DNA of 64,000 nt from an uncultured delta proteobacterium (lineage in GTDB: Bacteria > Desulfobacterota > Binatia > Binatales > Binataceae): assembly GCA_963808235.1 (NCBI GenBank), contig CAWEEQ010000004.1, forward strand, positions 160,001-224,000. The letters are read 5' to 3'. Positions 60,822 to 64,000 of the stretch are shown one piece after another. The notes beneath the pieces were generated by a model, which worked only from the letters and a program-made list of their open reading frames with translations, did not search any database and was not told the DNA's origin. Positions within the stretch are counted from its first letter, which is position 1; every line of letters begins with the position of its first letter. The position numbers were made by a program, and so were the translations under genes.

Positions 60822-61955
60822 ATGGAGCGAAACTTCCGCGCAAATCGCATAATCAAGACGCTGTTTATTGTCGTCGCGTTAGGAACGGCCGCCTGTCATC
60901 GCGAAGTCGCGTTGCCGCCCTTGCCGCTGCGCAACGTAACGCTGACGGACAAGTTCTTCGACGTATGGCCGACCAGCCCCACGCGCGCATTCATCGTTGG
61001 CGATCGCGGCAAGGTGCTGCTGACCGAAGACGGCGGCCGTCATTTCAAGCGCATCGACATCGGCACCAATCTGGGCATCTTCGGAATTCAGATGGCCGAC
61101 GATCAAAACGGATTCCTGTGCGGACAGGACGGACTCGTGATGCGCACACGCGACGGCGGCAAGACCTGGGAGCGGCTCAACTCGCGCACGCATCTGTTCA
61201 TCTTCGGACTCGCATTTCCAGATCGCCTGCACGGCTTCCTGGTCGGCGATCGCGCGCTCGTGCTCAGCACGACTGACGGCGGCGAGAGTTTCACCAAGCG
61301 CCAGTTGCAGCACCTCTTCCCGCCGGAAATCGCGGATTACGCCCTCCTCTACGAGGAACCGAAGCTCTACGGCGCGAGCTTCCTCGACGCCGATCACGGA
61401 TGGGTAGTCGGCGAGTTGGGAAGAATCTGGGCGACCGACAACGGCGGCAAAAGCTGGAATGAGCAGCAGCAATCGCTCGTCCCGCAATGGAAGCGGGCGC
61501 TTGGAGCCGGCGATGACCCGCGCTTTGCGGAATTTCTGCTGCCCACGTTTTTCGGCGTATCGTTTCGCGATTCAAAACATGGCGCAGCGTGCGGACTCGA
61601 AGGATGGGTGGTGCAGACCGATGACGGCGGCAAGACCTGGGCGTTCGCGCATCAGGCGGACAAACCCGGAGGCCCTCCAGATACGCTGGTGCCTGGAGCG
61701 CCGCAAATTCCCGCGCGAGATCCGCTGTTCTCAGTCGATCTGTTTGGCGGCACTCAGGGGATGACGACCGGATACGGCACCGTGCAGCGCCTCCAGCAAA
61801 ACGGCACCTGGGCGCACGACCCGGCCGTGCCTGACCTTCCGTTCCCGCTCAGCCAGGTGCGGTTTTTCGACGCAATGCACGGCTGGATCGTCGGCTACGG
61901 CACGATCCTTTACACCGAGGATGGCGGCAAAACCTGGCGCTTCTGCCAGGGCTGA
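60822..61955 (+). CDS. YCF48/BNR-repeat lipoprotein
   Basis: TAAC lipobox; repeated T.DGG.TW units and GWIVG. Confidence 0.88.
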   Translation: MERNFRANRIIKTLFIVVALGTAACHREVALPPLPLRNVTLTDKFFDVWPTSPTRAFIVGDRGKVLLTEDGGRHFKRIDIGTNLGIFGIQMADDQNGFLCGQDGLVMRTRDGGKTWERLNSRTHLFIFGLAFPDRLHGFLVGDRALVLSTTDGGESFTKRQLQHLFPPEIADYALLYEEPKLYGASFLDADHGWVVGELGRIWATDNGGKSWNEQQQSLVPQWKRALGAGDDPRFAEFLLPTFFGVSFRDSKHGAACGLEGWVVQTDDGGKTWAFAHQADKPGGPPDTLVPGAPQIPARDPLFSVDLFGGTQGMTTGYGTVQRLQQNGTWAHDPAVPDLPFPLSQVRFFDAMHGWIVGYGTILYTEDGGKTWRFCQG

Positions 61956-61994
61956 TCGCAACCGCGCGCGAGACGAGTAACTTCGGAGAACGCA

Positions 61995-64000
61995 ATGACC
62001 TGGTATCGATTTGGCGAGTGGATTCTGCGCCGGCGCTTCCTGGTGTTGGGCATCGTCGGCGTGCTGACCGCCTTCTTCGCCTACTTCGCGGCGCAAACCC
62101 AGCTCGTCACCAGTTTCGGCGAACTGCTTCCGCAAGATCATCCCTTCATCAAGATCGCGCACAAGTACGATCAATATTTCGGCAGCGTCAACAACGTCAC
62201 CGTCATGATCGAGGCCAAGGAAGGCACGATCTACACGACCCCGATCATCGAGAAGATCGTCCAGATGACGCGCGACCTGGACGTGGTTTATGGCATCCAG
62301 CACGGCTCAGTGCGCTCGATGGCGACGGCCAGCTATTTTCGCCCGCTCGCAGGCGGCGTGATCCTGAACACTCCGATTTTGCCCAATGGCGAAATTCCGA
62401 AAACTGCCAGCGCCCTCGATGAGCTGAAGAGCAACGTCCACAAAAATCCCGGCGTCGTCTTCGGGCAATTCGTCTCGCTCGACGACAAGGCCGCGGTAAT
62501 CGTGGGCAGCTTCCTCGAGACCCGGCTCGACTACACGCGCATCTTCAATGAAGTTCGAAAACTGGTCGTCGATCCCGAGCGCGACGCGACGGTGCACATC
62601 TACTACGGCGGTCAGCCGATTCTGTACGGATGGGTCTATCACTACACGCCGGAATTTCTCTGGATCTTCGTCGCGACCGTGCTCGCCGTCTGGATCCTGC
62701 TCTACCTGTATTTCCGCGACTGGCGCGGCGCGCTGCGGCCGACCATCTCCGGCGTCATCTGCGCCATCTGGGGCCTTGGCTTTATTCGATTGCTCGGCTT
62801 CGGCCTCGATCCACTGGTGCTGGTCATTCCATTTTTGATCACCGCGCGCGCGGTCAGCCACTCGGTGCAGATGCACGATCGGTACTACGAAGAGTTCTAC
62901 CGCTTGCGCAACAAGGAAGAAGCGATCCTGTCGTCGTTCTCCGAACTGTTCGTACCTTCACTCTCGGGAATCCTGACCGACGCATTCGGAGTGCTGGTGA
63001 TCCTGCTGGTGCCGGTGTTGTTCCTGCAGAAACTCGCCATCACCGCGAGCTTCTGGATCGCCGCGATCATCGTGAGCGAGCTGATCCTGAATCCGATCGT
63101 TTACTACTACCTGGAGCCGCCGCGGATCGATGTGATCGAGAAACGCGAGCACGGCTTCTTCAAGCGGATGCTGACCTCGCTCGCGAAACCGATGCTCGAG
63201 AGCACCGGCCGCAAGGTGACGTTTGTAGCCACGCTCGCGGTAATCGCGTTGTGCGCGTTTTTCTGGTCGGGACTGAAGGTGGGAGATCCGTCGTCTGATT
63301 CGCCGATCCTCTGGCCCAATTCCGCCTACAACCGCTCGATGGCTGCGATCCAGAGCGAGTTCGGCGCGATCGAACAGTTCGTCGTCGTCGCGGAGATTGC
63401 CAAGCGCGAGTCACTCAACGATCCGAAGCTGTACCACGTGATGGACGAATACGAGCGCTACATGGAGCGCGATCCGGCGGTCGGGCGAACCTTTTCGGTC
63501 GCGGATCTGTTGTCCAACGGCGGCTTCGCTCTCCAGGAGTTCCAGCCGAAGTGGAACGTGCTTCCGACCACCGCGCGCGGGACCGGACAGTTGCTCGGCG
63601 GATTGCTCGCGGGCGCGTCACCGCTCTCGACCGCTTACATCATCACCCCGCGCCGCGACGCCACCCAGATGACCGTGTACTCCAAGGATCGTGAGGGCGA
63701 GAACGTGCAGCGAATCGTGATGCGCACGCAGAATTTCTTCGCCGAACCGAAACATCAAGTGCCGGGCGTCCGTTTCTCGCTCGCCGCGGGGATCATCGGA
63801 GAGCTGGCCGCCGCCAACCAGGAGATCATCGACAACGACCTGCTGCTCAACGTGCTCGCCTTCGCCACCATCTATATAATTGTACTCATTACCTATCGTT
63901 CGTTCATGGCGGGGCTATATCTGCTATTCCCGCTCGCACTAGCCAATGCGGCCATCAATGCATACATGGGCGCGCATGATATCGGGATCAATATAAATAC
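61995..64000 (+). CDS. RND/MMPL-family transporter (partial, runs off the window)
   Basis: Begins MTWYRFGEWILRRRFLVLGIVGVLTAFF...ELLPQDHPFI; LDPLVLVIPFLITARAVSHSVQM; GGAG RBS. Confidence 0.9.
   Translation, partial: MTWYRFGEWILRRRFLVLGIVGVLTAFFAYFAAQTQLVTSFGELLPQDHPFIKIAHKYDQYFGSVNNVTVMIEAKEGTIYTTPIIEKIVQMTRDLDVVYGIQHGSVRSMATASYFRPLAGGVILNTPILPNGEIPKTASALDELKSNVHKNPGVVFGQFVSLDDKAAVIVGSFLETRLDYTRIFNEVRKLVVDPERDATVHIYYGGQPILYGWVYHYTPEFLWIFVATVLAVWILLYLYFRDWRGALRPTISGVICAIWGLGFIRLLGFGLDPLVLVIPFLITARAVSHSVQMHDRYYEEFYRLRNKEEAILSSFSELFVPSLSGILTDAFGVLVILLVPVLFLQKLAITASFWIAAIIVSELILNPIVYYYLEPPRIDVIEKREHGFFKRMLTSLAKPMLESTGRKVTFVATLAVIALCAFFWSGLKVGDPSSDSPILWPNSAYNRSMAAIQSEFGAIEQFVVVAEIAKRESLNDPKLYHVMDEYERYMERDPAVGRTFSVADLLSNGGFALQEFQPKWNVLPTTARGTGQLLGGLLAGASPLSTAYIITPRRDATQMTVYSKDREGENVQRIVMRTQNFFAEPKHQVPGVRFSLAAGIIGELAAANQEIIDNDLLLNVLAFATIYIIVLITYRSFMAGLYLLFPLALANAAINAYMGAHDIGININ

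Overview
GC-rich bacterial chromosome segment. Gene content is reminiscent of Desulfobacterota/Myxococcota relatives such as Ca. Binatota; this is an impression, not a tested assignment. In order it holds: REP-like palindromes; an FGGY kinase and MFS transporter; a Re-citrate-synthase-like gene; an LLM/ADC-fold/hydrolase cluster; tRNA-Asn followed by envelope and secreted-protein genes; a sigma-54 activator converging on a Tad/Flp pilus operon with three pilin-like genes, flanked by GT87, two PAP2 genes and DUF192; a sirC-ccsA-hemA-hemC-cobA/hemD-hemB operon; lon-glgA-rnhA; a GH1 glucosidase; trxB, moaC and rlmI; and the start of a YCF48-RND module. The best candidate for an undescribed system is 53839-57400: an IrrE/ImmA-like HExxH protein plus XRE regulator, divergent from a GNAT/acyl-synthase-like gene, a DDxxD isoprenoid-synthase-like gene and a tiny ORF with a strong RBS. 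Also notable are two tandem paralogous 57-aa membrane peptides behind a consensus sigma-54 promoter, and a palindrome shared by the pilin and activator promoters. Three genes carry +1 frameshifts, which suggests indel errors in the sequence; the HemC-CobA-HemD fusion may be a fourth. No CRISPR array, rRNA, integrase or transposase was seen. All family calls come from motif recognition by eye; no searches were run.
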